DNA of 64,000 nucleotides from an uncultured Dermabacteraceae bacterium (lineage in GTDB: Bacteria > Actinomycetota > Actinomycetes > Actinomycetales > Dermabacteraceae): the NCBI GenBank assembly GCA_946223075.1, contig CAMILZ010000001.1, positions 177,086 to 241,085 on the forward strand, read 5' to 3'. How positions within the stretch are numbered: position 1 is the stretch's first letter; each line of letters starts with the position of its first letter. The position numbers and the translations under genes are program-made. Under the pieces are notes generated by a model. It searched no databases, was not told the origin of the DNA, and worked only from the letters and a program-made list of their open reading frames with translations. Positions 18,028-26,035 of the stretch are shown here, one piece after another.

Positions 18028-18681
18028 ATGGGGGTCGGGATGGGTATTCTGTCGTCGAGACTTTCTCCCTTCCCCGACACGAAAGTCCATCTGGAGGCAC
18101 ACGTGAGCAAGCGCGAAAGCACCTTCGGTGCGCAGAGCACCATCCCGGTAACCGAAGCCCAGGGCGTACTCTTCGACGACCTCGTCGATACCCCCGGCGA
18201 ACTCGGCTACCGCGGACCGGCAGCCTGCAAAGCGGCGGGCATCACGTACCGCCAGCTCGACTACTGGGCGCGTACCGGCCTCGTGGAGCCGAGCGTTCGC
18301 TCCGCTACCGGCTCGGGCTCGCAGCGTTTGTACGGTTTCCGCGACATCCTCGTCCTCAAAGTCGTCAAGCGCCTCCTCGACACTGGCGTTTCGCTCCAGC
18401 AGATCCGCGTTGCTGTTGACGCGATGCGTGCGCGCGGCGTTGAAGACCTCGCGCAGATCACGCTCATGAGCGATGGTGCCTCGGTGTACGAATGCACGAG
18501 TGCAGAGGACGTTTACGATCTCGTCTCCGGCGGTCAGGGCGTGTTCGGCATCGCCGTTGGCCGAGTCGCCCGCGAGGTTGAAACTGAACTCGCCATTCTT
18601 CCAAGCGTTGATCCGCAGCACGATGCCGCCGAGGCTCTCCGAGATGAGCTCGCCGCTCGCCGTGCGCGTAAGGCCGGCTGA
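18028..18681 (+). CDS. MerR-family transcriptional regulator (Rv1828-like)
   Basis: MerR HTH: YRGPAACKAAGITYRQLDYWARTGLVEPSVRSATGSGSQRLYGFRDILVLKVVKRLLDTGVSLQQIRVAV. Conserved position immediately downstream of garA, as in mycobacteria and corynebacteria. The true start may be the internal GTG (MSKRESTF...). Confidence 0.8.
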   Translation: MGVGMGILSSRLSPFPDTKVHLEAHVSKRESTFGAQSTIPVTEAQGVLFDDLVDTPGELGYRGPAACKAAGITYRQLDYWARTGLVEPSVRSATGSGSQRLYGFRDILVLKVVKRLLDTGVSLQQIRVAVDAMRARGVEDLAQITLMSDGASVYECTSAEDVYDLVSGGQGVFGIAVGRVAREVETELAILPSVDPQHDAAEALRDELAARRARKAG

Positions 18682-18733
18682 GGATAGTTTTCCGGCGTAA
18701 CACTACGCACGCCACATCTTCATAGTGAACTGA

Positions 18734-18791
18734 CGCCCCTCTCGCGTGTCATGTCGGGATTATTGACATGCGAGAGGGGCGTGACTTTTTT
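18734..18791 (+). terminator. Intrinsic terminator downstream of the MerR gene
   Basis: 12-bp perfect stem CGCCCCTCTCGC / GCGAGAGGGGCG with an inner CATGTC/GACATG extension, followed by TGACTTTTTTAT. Confidence 0.6.
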
Positions 18792-18839
18792 ATGCGGGGG
18801 AGTGGCCACCGGCGGGGGCCACTCTCGACCCGGGCGATT

Positions 18840-19649
18840 TTAGGAGTTCTGGCGAGAATCCATGATCGTGGAGAGCAGGCGATCAAAATCCCGCGTGAGC
18901 TGCTTTGCGCTCGAGCCTTCGTACTCGTGAAGCGGGATTGCGCCGCCCTGTGCCTGCTGGAGGCCAACTCGCTCTTCCAGAACTGGCTCGAGAACGCGAT
19001 CGCCGAAGAGTTCGCGCATTTCGTTGAGGCGGAACTGGTGCTCGACACTGCGGGGGCGATACCGGTTCACAAGAATGCCAAGCGGCTGTAGACGTGGAGC
19101 GATGCCGGTCTCGTGGAGTTCCTCGGCGAGTTTGAGCGCGCGATCGGCCGCGGAGACCGCGAAGAAACCTGGCTCGGAAATGACGATCGAGCGGTCCGAC
19201 GCCGCGAGAGCCATCTGCGTGAGTCCATTGAGCGAAGGCGGGCAGTCAATAAGAACGATGTCGTAGTGGAATGATCGCTTATCGAGTGCCTCGCGGAGGC
19301 GCCGGACGCCGCGACGCGCGAGCGCGGGGGAGTCCAAGCGCGAGGAGCGGTGGCTGCCGGGGATAATGTCGAGGTGGCTCGACGCAGACGCCGTACCGTC
19401 ATCGTGCTGCGCCCAAGGCGTTTGCACGATTGCCCGATCCACGGTCTCGGTGCGCCCCGAGGCAATGACTTCAGCGATATCCGGCTCTCCACCGGGGTGA
19501 CCAAGAAGCCCGAGAGTCGTATCGCCCTGGGGGTCGAGGTCAAGAACGAGTGCGTTCACGCCCTGGTTGAGGGCAGCAGACGCGAGGCCGAGGGTGACGG
19601 AAGTTTTCCCGACGCCACCTTTGAGTGAATAAACGCTGACGACAAACAC
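18840..19649 (-). CDS. ParA/MinD-family P-loop ATPase (orphan)
   Basis: MFVVSVYSLKGGVGKTSVTLGLASAALNQGVNALVLDLDPQGDTT is the deviant Walker A motif of ParA-type ATPases. No parB-like partner nearby. Confidence 0.75.
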   Translation of the reverse strand: MFVVSVYSLKGGVGKTSVTLGLASAALNQGVNALVLDLDPQGDTTLGLLGHPGGEPDIAEVIASGRTETVDRAIVQTPWAQHDDGTASASSHLDIIPGSHRSSRLDSPALARRGVRRLREALDKRSFHYDIVLIDCPPSLNGLTQMALAASDRSIVISEPGFFAVSAADRALKLAEELHETGIAPRLQPLGILVNRYRPRSVEHQFRLNEMRELFGDRVLEPVLEERVGLQQAQGGAIPLHEYEGSSAKQLTRDFDRLLSTIMDSRQNS

Positions 19650-19654
19650 GGGAA

Positions 19655-20611
19655 TTAGCCTACCGAATCCGGGCCACCGTCACCGTTGTGCCCATCCGTG
19701 TTTTCCGGCTCATCTGAAATCTCCTTGAGGAAGTCTTCGACCTCGTCGGTGAGGTTCTCGGCCCCCGGCAGAGGAGCGTCGCTCCCGGGGGAGAGGTGCT
19801 GCACCATGCCGTCCATGCGCGAGTAGTTCTCCTCAAAGCCCTTGATGAGGGAAGCCAGTTGCTCATTTTCGGCCGCGCTCTGGTCGAGAGCCTCGCGGAC
19901 CTCGGCGATTTTCTCGTCGAGTTCCTTCGTGGGGGCGAAAGCGGGCCCACCCTCGATATCGATCGCCGTAAAGAGTGCGGGGAGTGCGGGGTAGTACTCG
20001 ACTTCGTGCGCGTAGGAGGGCACATGAGCGGCGAGCCCGATGATCGGATGCCCGGCCTCGGCCATCCGCACGATGAGCAGGGCAGGGAAAGAGGCCCGCA
20101 TCTCAATCGTTCCAGGAAACGGGCTCGCGAGAACAAGGTCCTCGGGATCGCCCGCGTAGCGACTCACGGCGACCGGCCTCGTGTGCGGGGTCGCGCCAGG
20201 GAAGCTCGTGGCGACAAGGGTGCGCGTGACGCCGAGTTGCTCGACGATGATGCGCACGGCATGAGCGACGCGCTCCCACTGGAAATTCGGCTCGGGGCCG
20301 CTCAAAAGTAGGAAGGGCTTTTCGTCTTCGGGGGTGACTTCTCGAAGCGTGAGCGCAGGGGAGGAGTAACCGGTGAGGTGGTCCTGTTCGAGCGAGATTG
20401 GCGGACGCACCGCCGTGTAGTCGATGACCTGATCGGAATCGAACGTTCCTACGAGTCGGTTCGGGTAGTTGTCCGTAATGAACTCGTCGAGTTTCTCCTG
20501 GACACGCCCGGAGTCCACAAACGAGCCGAGGGTCACGACGAGCGTGCTCGCGTGGAGAGAACGCGAGTCAACATCGCGCTCATAGCTGAAGAGCGTGGTG
20601 GGATCGAGCAC
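19655..20611 (-). CDS. PAC2 (proteasome assembly chaperone 2)-family protein, acidic C-terminus
   Basis: 318 aa with a global resemblance to actinobacterial PAC2-family proteins (...LLLSGPEPNFQWERVAHAV...TLVATSFPGATPHTRPV...) and an acidic C-terminal tail. Called from recall, not a search. Confidence 0.5.
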   Translation of the reverse strand: MLDPTTLFSYERDVDSRSLHASTLVVTLGSFVDSGRVQEKLDEFITDNYPNRLVGTFDSDQVIDYTAVRPPISLEQDHLTGYSSPALTLREVTPEDEKPFLLLSGPEPNFQWERVAHAVRIIVEQLGVTRTLVATSFPGATPHTRPVAVSRYAGDPEDLVLASPFPGTIEMRASFPALLIVRMAEAGHPIIGLAAHVPSYAHEVEYYPALPALFTAIDIEGGPAFAPTKELDEKIAEVREALDQSAAENEQLASLIKGFEENYSRMDGMVQHLSPGSDAPLPGAENLTDEVEDFLKEISDEPENTDGHNGDGGPDSVG

Positions 20612-20695
20612 GAAAACCTCCTAGTGTGCACGGCTTATGCTCCCTTGAACGTCCGGTCGTCGGAGAGTTATTCCTCGGCCGACTAGACTTGTGAC

Positions 20696-21577
20696 GTGGC
20701 CGTTCACAAAATCGTTCTCTTCTATGTTTTCACTCCGCTCGCTGATCCGGAGGCAGTGAAACTCTGGCAGTTCGCCCTCGCCGATTCGCTGGGTCTCAAG
20801 GGTCGCGTGATCGTCTCGAAAGACGGCATCAACGCCACCGTTGGCGGCGAGATCGGGGCAGTCAAGCAGTACGTCAAGCGTACGCGCGCCTACGCTCCTT
20901 TCCATGATGCCGATATCAAATGGTCGGACGGCACGGGCGAGGACTTTCCGAAGCTCTCGGTGAAGGTTCGGGACGAGCTCGTGACTTTTACCGTGCCGGA
21001 GGAAATCAAAGTTGGGGCCGAAGGCGTGATTGGCGGGGGAGAGCACCTCAGCCCCGAGGACCTGCATAGGCTCGTGGAGTCGCGCGGTGAGGACGTGGTG
21101 TTCTTTGATGGGCGCAATCGCATGGAGGCGGAAATCGGTCGTTTTCGCGGGGCGATTGTGCCCGAGACCGAAACGACGAGGGACTTCGTCGGCGAGCTTG
21201 AATCTGGCATGTATGACGACCTCAAGAATCGGCCGGTTGTCACGTACTGCACGGGTGGCATTCGCTGCGAGGTTCTCACCGTGCTCATGAAAAATCGTGG
21301 CTTCACGGATGTGTACCAGCTCGACGGCGGCATCGTTCGCTACGGCGAAAAGTACGGCAATTCGGGTCTCTGGGATGGCTCGCTCTACGTGTTCGACGGA
21401 CGCATGCACATGGAATTCGGTGAGGGTGCCGAATCGCTCGGCTCGTGCGTCGCGTGCGGCGAGAGGACTCCCGTCTACGTCAATTGCGTGAACCCGTCGT
21501 GCCGCAGGCAGTTTTTGCGGTGCGACTCGTGTACGGAGAAAGGCCTCGCGCCATCGTGCGGGGCGTGTGGGGCGTAG
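20696..21577 (+). CDS. trhO: Rhodanese-related tRNA uridine(34) hydroxylase TrhO (YceA/UPF0176 family)
   Basis: Rhodanese active-site loop [12 protein letters not shown] and a C-terminal Cys cluster ([29 protein letters not shown]), both typical of YceA/TrhO. Confidence 0.8.
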   Translation: MAVHKIVLFYVFTPLADPEAVKLWQFALADSLGLKGRVIVSKDGINATVGGEIGAVKQYVKRTRAYAPFHDADIKWSDGTGEDFPKLSVKVRDELVTFTVPEEIKVGAEGVIGGGEHLSPEDLHRLVESRGEDVVFFDGRNRMEAEIGRFRGAIVPETETTRDFVGELESGMYDDLKNRPVVTYCTGGIRCEVLTVLMKNRGFTDVYQLDGGIVRYGEKYGNSGLWDGSLYVFDGRMHMEFGEGAESLGSCVACGERTPVYVNCVNPSCRRQFLRCDSCTEKGLAPSCGACGA

Positions 21578-21753
21578 GAACTCAACTTTCTCGGCTTTAG
21601 TCCGGGTTCGTGTTCGGGGAGGGGCCGACGGTAGAGGGGCAGCCGTCGGATCGAAAATATGGCCGTTCCCCGCGCTCACTTTACATAACGTACATTATCG
21701 GCGTAATGCGTGGGGCGGGGTGGAACTGCGCCGATGCCTAACCCCCACAACCT

Positions 21754-22485
21754 CTATGCAATCCGGGAGCGAGACAGGGCTTCCTGGTAGCTCGGTTCCG
21801 CCTTCTTGAGTTTTGCGATCAAAAAAGCTGTCACGGGAATCGCGAGGTACTGCACGATGACCTTGTAGAGGAATCCGAAGGCCGTGTAGTTGAGCCACTG
21901 GCCGAAGGTCGTAATGCCGAGCACCGGCGCCGCGATTGTGCAGAAAATGATCGTGTCGACGAGTTCGCCCATGCCGCTCGAGGTGAACAGGCGCGCGATC
22001 ACGCCGGGTTCGCCGGTGCGGCGCTTCATGCGGCTCACGATGAACGAATTAAGCGTTTGACCTGCGAGAAAACCGCAAAGCGAGGCGAGAACGATCTGCC
22101 ATACCGGCCCGATGGCGAGCTCGAGTGCGTTTTGCTTGGCGATACCGTAACCGTCGTTGAATCCGGGAAGCCAAATAATGATCGCGTAGCAGAGCACCGC
22201 GAAGATGTTGAGGGCGAACGATGTGAGGATCGCGCGACGCGCCGCGCGCGGCCCGTAGAGCTCCGTGATGATGTCGCCAAGGATGTACGCGAGTGGGAAC
22301 AGGAAGAAGGCCGCATCGGTGATCACGAACCCCACGGTGACGCCCTTCGCGGCGCCGATTCCTGAAATGACGACGACGACCGCCATAAGTGCGCTCAAAA
22401 GATCGTAATGCGAATTGCCTCGCGTCGCGTACGCGGCTTTGCTGCTCGACTTGGTGTGTGGTGAGTCCGTGGCGTTTTCTCCCAT
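21754..22485 (-). CDS. yhhQ: Queuosine-precursor transporter (YhhQ/DUF165, VUT family)
   Basis: Multi-TM protein with the family signature FFLFPLAYILGDIITELYG. Confidence 0.75.
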   Translation of the reverse strand: MGENATDSPHTKSSSKAAYATRGNSHYDLLSALMAVVVVISGIGAAKGVTVGFVITDAAFFLFPLAYILGDIITELYGPRAARRAILTSFALNIFAVLCYAIIIWLPGFNDGYGIAKQNALELAIGPVWQIVLASLCGFLAGQTLNSFIVSRMKRRTGEPGVIARLFTSSGMGELVDTIIFCTIAAPVLGITTFGQWLNYTAFGFLYKVIVQYLAIPVTAFLIAKLKKAEPSYQEALSRSRIA

Positions 22486-22514
22486 GCGCCTACCTTAGAG
22501 CCGCCTCGCTCTCC

Positions 22515-23183
22515 TTATTGCTTCCACGGCAGTGCGGGAGCGTGTGTGTCACATCCTTCAACGAAGGCGTCGAGGATCGCTTCGAGAATGCGGGAGGTGT
22601 CTTCCTCGAGCCTCTCCCCCGTGGCGAGTTCAGCGACCATGCGGTTGAGATAGGCCCCGAGAAGTGTTTCCGCAAGTGTTTCTGCCGGAACGGTGAGGGT
22701 GATCGGGTATCTCGCCGAAAGCTCTTCGAAGATCTGCGCGATTCCCGTGATGAGGCGATCACGCTCGCGCCCGAGGTGCGTACGCGCGTCGATGTTTTGA
22801 AGGGAGAGCGACACCGCCTCGGTGTGCATGAGGTACCAGGCAAGGCCGAGCGGACGAAGGGACTCGAGCGACTCAAGAAGGTCTGGTTCGCCGGCGCCTT
22901 CAGGGGTGCCGCTCCCCGGGTCTTCTGCATTCGGGAAGGGCTGCGTGGCCGCGAGCGCCCGCGTCGTGACCTCGGTGAAGGCCTCCCAAAAGACCTCGTC
23001 TTTCGAGGAAAAGTTTGAATAGAAAGCGCCGCGTGTAAAGCCCGCGGCCCGAGTGAGGTCATCGACCGTGGCCCCCTCAACGCCCTTCTGCGTGAAAACG
23101 TCGATTGAGGCGTCGACGAACCTTCGGCGGGTGTTCTCCTTGGATCGCGCCGGCTGCGCACCCTCCGAGGCTGTGACGTCCAC
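22515..23183 (-). CDS. TetR-family transcriptional regulator
   Basis: N-terminal HTH RRRFVDASIDVFTQKGVEGATVDDLTRAAGFTRGAFYSNFSSKDEVFWEAF. Divergent from the MMPL gene. Confidence 0.85.
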   Translation of the reverse strand: MDVTASEGAQPARSKENTRRRFVDASIDVFTQKGVEGATVDDLTRAAGFTRGAFYSNFSSKDEVFWEAFTEVTTRALAATQPFPNAEDPGSGTPEGAGEPDLLESLESLRPLGLAWYLMHTEAVSLSLQNIDARTHLGRERDRLITGIAQIFEELSARYPITLTVPAETLAETLLGAYLNRMVAELATGERLEEDTSRILEAILDAFVEGCDTHAPALPWKQ

Positions 23184-23228
23184 GATATTGCTCCTGTTGG
23201 CCTTACGGGTCCTACTCGGGACATTTTA

Positions 23229-23244
23229 GTATCGAACTCGATAC
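23229..23244. promoter_or_regulatory. Candidate TetR operator (perfect palindrome) in the tetR / mmpL divergent spacer
   Basis: GTATCGA-AC-TCGATAC, perfect 7-bp inverted repeat with a 2-nt spacer, located 40-55 nt upstream of both divergent start codons. Confidence 0.5.
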
Positions 23245-23284
23245 GAAAGTGTATTCAGTGTCTCGAGAGTAGCGAGGAGCATTC

Positions 23285-26035
23285 GTGTCATCGACCCTGT
23301 ACCGCCTCGGCCTCAGCGCCGCACGCTCGCCCTGGAAAGTTCTCGGCACGTGGTTCGCGATCATCCTCCTCGCCGCCGCCGGCGCGCTCACCCTTGGCAA
23401 AGGCCTTGACGACGCCTTCAGCATCCCCGGAACCGAATCTCAAGAAGGCCTCGACTCCCTCGCGACGCGCTTCCCGCAGCTCGGTGGCACGGGGGGCCAG
23501 ATGATTTTCGCCAGCGAAGACGGCTCCCCCATCACCGCCCACGACGACCAGATCGTCAAAGCGATGGACCGCGCCCGCGAGGTCGAGGGCGTCGAAACCG
23601 CAACAAATCCGTTCGACACGGACATGCCGGGCGAAAAAAGCGAGGACGGCACCGCGATTATCGCGAACATCCAGCTCGACCCCGAGCTCGACGCCGTCCC
23701 CAAAGAAACCTTGAACGCTCTCACGGACATCGTTGACGACACAACTCACACGAGCAATGGCCTCCACGCCTACATCGGTGGTCAGGTCACGATGACCCCC
23801 GAAATGGGGATGAGCATCATGGAGGTCCTCGGCGTGATCGCCGCCCTCATTGTGCTCAGCATCGTGTTCCGCGCAGTGCGCTCCGCCTTCATTCCCATCG
23901 TCACCGCGATCACGGGCATCATCGTCTCGATGATCGTCATGTTCATGGGCACGAGCATCTTCACGATCTCCTCGGCAACCCCGACACTCGCACTCATGCT
24001 CGGCCTCGCCGTGGGAATCGACTACTCGCTCTTCATCGTCTCGCGGCACCTCGACCAGCTTCGAAGCGGTCTCGATCCTTACGAATCCATCGCACGCGCA
24101 ACCGCCACGAGCGGTAGCGCCGTCATTTTCGCGGGCCTCACCGTCGTGATCGCCCTCGTGGGGCTCTTCATCACCGGCATCCCCTTCATCACCGTCATGG
24201 GTGTTGTGTCCGCAGTGGCAGTCGCGTGCAACGTGCTCGCCGCCCTCACGCTCCTGCCCGCAATCCTTGGACTCTTCGGCGAGAAAATCCGCCCCAAACG
24301 CCAGCGTCAACGCACCGCCCAGCAAGCGTCGGACCCCTCCACCCGCGCTGCCCGCACTCCCCTGCTCGAACGCTGGGTGCGCGCCGCCATTCGCTTACCC
24401 CTCGTCACAATCCTCGTGGTGGCAGTGGGACTCGGTGCAGTAGCGATCCCGTTCAAAGACCTCGAACTTGCGCTCCCCGACCAAGGCACTGAGGATCCGG
24501 GCTCGTACGGTCGCGAAGCCTACGACATCGTGACCGAGAAATTCGGCGCGGGCTACAACGCCACAATCATGCTGACCGCCGACATCATTAACACGAAGGA
24601 TCCGCTCGGGGTCATGGACGAACTCGAGCGCGACATCCTCGCCATCGACGGCGTGGACAGCGTGCAAATCGCCACGCCCAATATGGGAGCCGACATGGGC
24701 GTCGTGGTCCTTCGACCCACCGAAGGCCCAACCTCGGACCTCACCAAGAACGTCGTGGACACGCTACGCGCCGATGCGCCCACGTGGGAGAAAGACCTCG
24801 GCATCTCCGACATCAAGATCACGGGAGCCACCGCCGTCGCGATCGACATCGCCGACCGCCTCGACAAGGCGCTTCTCCCCTTCACTGTCTTCGTCGTGGG
24901 ACTTTCCCTCGTGCTTCTCGCGATGGTGTTCCGAAGCATCTGGGTACCGCTGAAAGCCGTCGTCGGCTTCCTGCTTTCCGCGGGCGCCGCCTTCGGCGTC
25001 ACCTCCATGGTGTTCACCTACGGGTGGGGCGCAGACCTCCTCCAGGCGAAGGCGACGGGACCCGTGATTGCCTTCCTGCCGATCATGACTCTCGGAGTGC
25101 TCTTCGGCCTCGCCATGGACTACGAGGTCTTCCTCGTGACTCGAATGCGAGAAGAGTACATGCACACTCGCGATGCCCGTCAGGCCATCATCAAGGGCTT
25201 CACGGCATCGGCGCCCGTCGTCATCGCCGCCGCGGCGATCATGATCTTCATCTTCGCGGGCTTCGTGCCCGGATCGATGTACATGATTCAGCCGATCGCT
25301 CTTTCTCTCGCCGTCGGCGTTTTCGTGGATGCTTTCGTTGTGCGCATGACGCTCGTGCCCGCCGTTCTCGCCCTCCTCGGCGATCACGCGTGGCGCTTTC
25401 CGGCCGCACTTGACCGCCTCCTCCCCCACCTCGACGTTGAAGGCGAAGGGCTGGGAATTGCCCTCGAGCACCGCGAATGGACGGCGGCGAACGGCGCCAG
25501 CGCGCTGCGGCTTCGCGACGTCGAAATCCCCCGCGTGAGCGGCCGCGGTACGCTCGGCCCACTCTCCGGGGCTCTCGCCCCCGGGTCCATCACGCTTCTC
25601 GCAAGCGAAGATGCGGACGCGCGCGCAAGCGCCCTCGCCCTCTTCTCCGCGCGCCTCGAGCCCTCAGCCGGCACGCTCTTCGTGTACGACCGCCAGGTTC
25701 CCGGCGAGACGGGAGCGGCGCAATCACACGTGGAGTTCTACCCCGAAGGCCGCGGTGGCGCATGCGGCCAGGTGCTCGTGCGAGAACGCGACACACGAAT
25801 TGTCGTCATCGAATCCCTCTCCGACCTCCTCGAAGCCGGCGACACGGCGCTTGACCGACTCGAACTGCTTTCCTCGCACGGCGCGACGATCGTGATTGGC
25901 CAAGATGCCCTCACCGAGAGCTTCACTGAACGCTTGCGCGATCCCGCGCGTGTGCGGGTTCTCCCCCTTTCACACCTCGTCACCGACCACACTGATCCCC
26001 TGCCACTACACACGGATGCGGAGGCATACGCATGA
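23285..26035 (+). CDS. MMPL-family (RND superfamily) transporter with a ~190-aa cytoplasmic C-terminal extension resembling a degenerate ABC nucleotide-binding domain
   Basis: Two blocks of TM helices with MMPL-type periplasmic loops, ending ...PAVLALLGDHAWRFPAALDRLLPHLD. The C-terminal tail LRLRDVEIPRVSGRGTLGPLSGALAPGSITLLASEDADARASALALFSARLEPSAGTLFV...IVVIESLSDLLEAGD...HGATIVIGQD follows the ABC ATPase layout, but the Walker A position reads SEDADARAS. Confidence 0.8.
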   Translation: MSSTLYRLGLSAARSPWKVLGTWFAIILLAAAGALTLGKGLDDAFSIPGTESQEGLDSLATRFPQLGGTGGQMIFASEDGSPITAHDDQIVKAMDRAREVEGVETATNPFDTDMPGEKSEDGTAIIANIQLDPELDAVPKETLNALTDIVDDTTHTSNGLHAYIGGQVTMTPEMGMSIMEVLGVIAALIVLSIVFRAVRSAFIPIVTAITGIIVSMIVMFMGTSIFTISSATPTLALMLGLAVGIDYSLFIVSRHLDQLRSGLDPYESIARATATSGSAVIFAGLTVVIALVGLFITGIPFITVMGVVSAVAVACNVLAALTLLPAILGLFGEKIRPKRQRQRTAQQASDPSTRAARTPLLERWVRAAIRLPLVTILVVAVGLGAVAIPFKDLELALPDQGTEDPGSYGREAYDIVTEKFGAGYNATIMLTADIINTKDPLGVMDELERDILAIDGVDSVQIATPNMGADMGVVVLRPTEGPTSDLTKNVVDTLRADAPTWEKDLGISDIKITGATAVAIDIADRLDKALLPFTVFVVGLSLVLLAMVFRSIWVPLKAVVGFLLSAGAAFGVTSMVFTYGWGADLLQAKATGPVIAFLPIMTLGVLFGLAMDYEVFLVTRMREEYMHTRDARQAIIKGFTASAPVVIAAAAIMIFIFAGFVPGSMYMIQPIALSLAVGVFVDAFVVRMTLVPAVLALLGDHAWRFPAALDRLLPHLDVEGEGLGIALEHREWTAANGASALRLRDVEIPRVSGRGTLGPLSGALAPGSITLLASEDADARASALALFSARLEPSAGTLFVYDRQVPGETGAAQSHVEFYPEGRGGACGQVLVRERDTRIVVIESLSDLLEAGDTALDRLELLSSHGATIVIGQDALTESFTERLRDPARVRVLPLSHLVTDHTDPLPLHTDAEAYA

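Noticed and set aside
22486-22514. Possible preQ1 riboswitch upstream of the queuosine-precursor transporter yhhQ
   Set aside because: Only 29 nt separate yhhQ from the upstream tetR gene on the same strand. The sequence (AGGAGAGCGAGGCGGCTCTAAGGTAGGCG on the coding strand) does not resemble the preQ1-I/II consensus. yhhQ is more likely co-transcribed with tetR.
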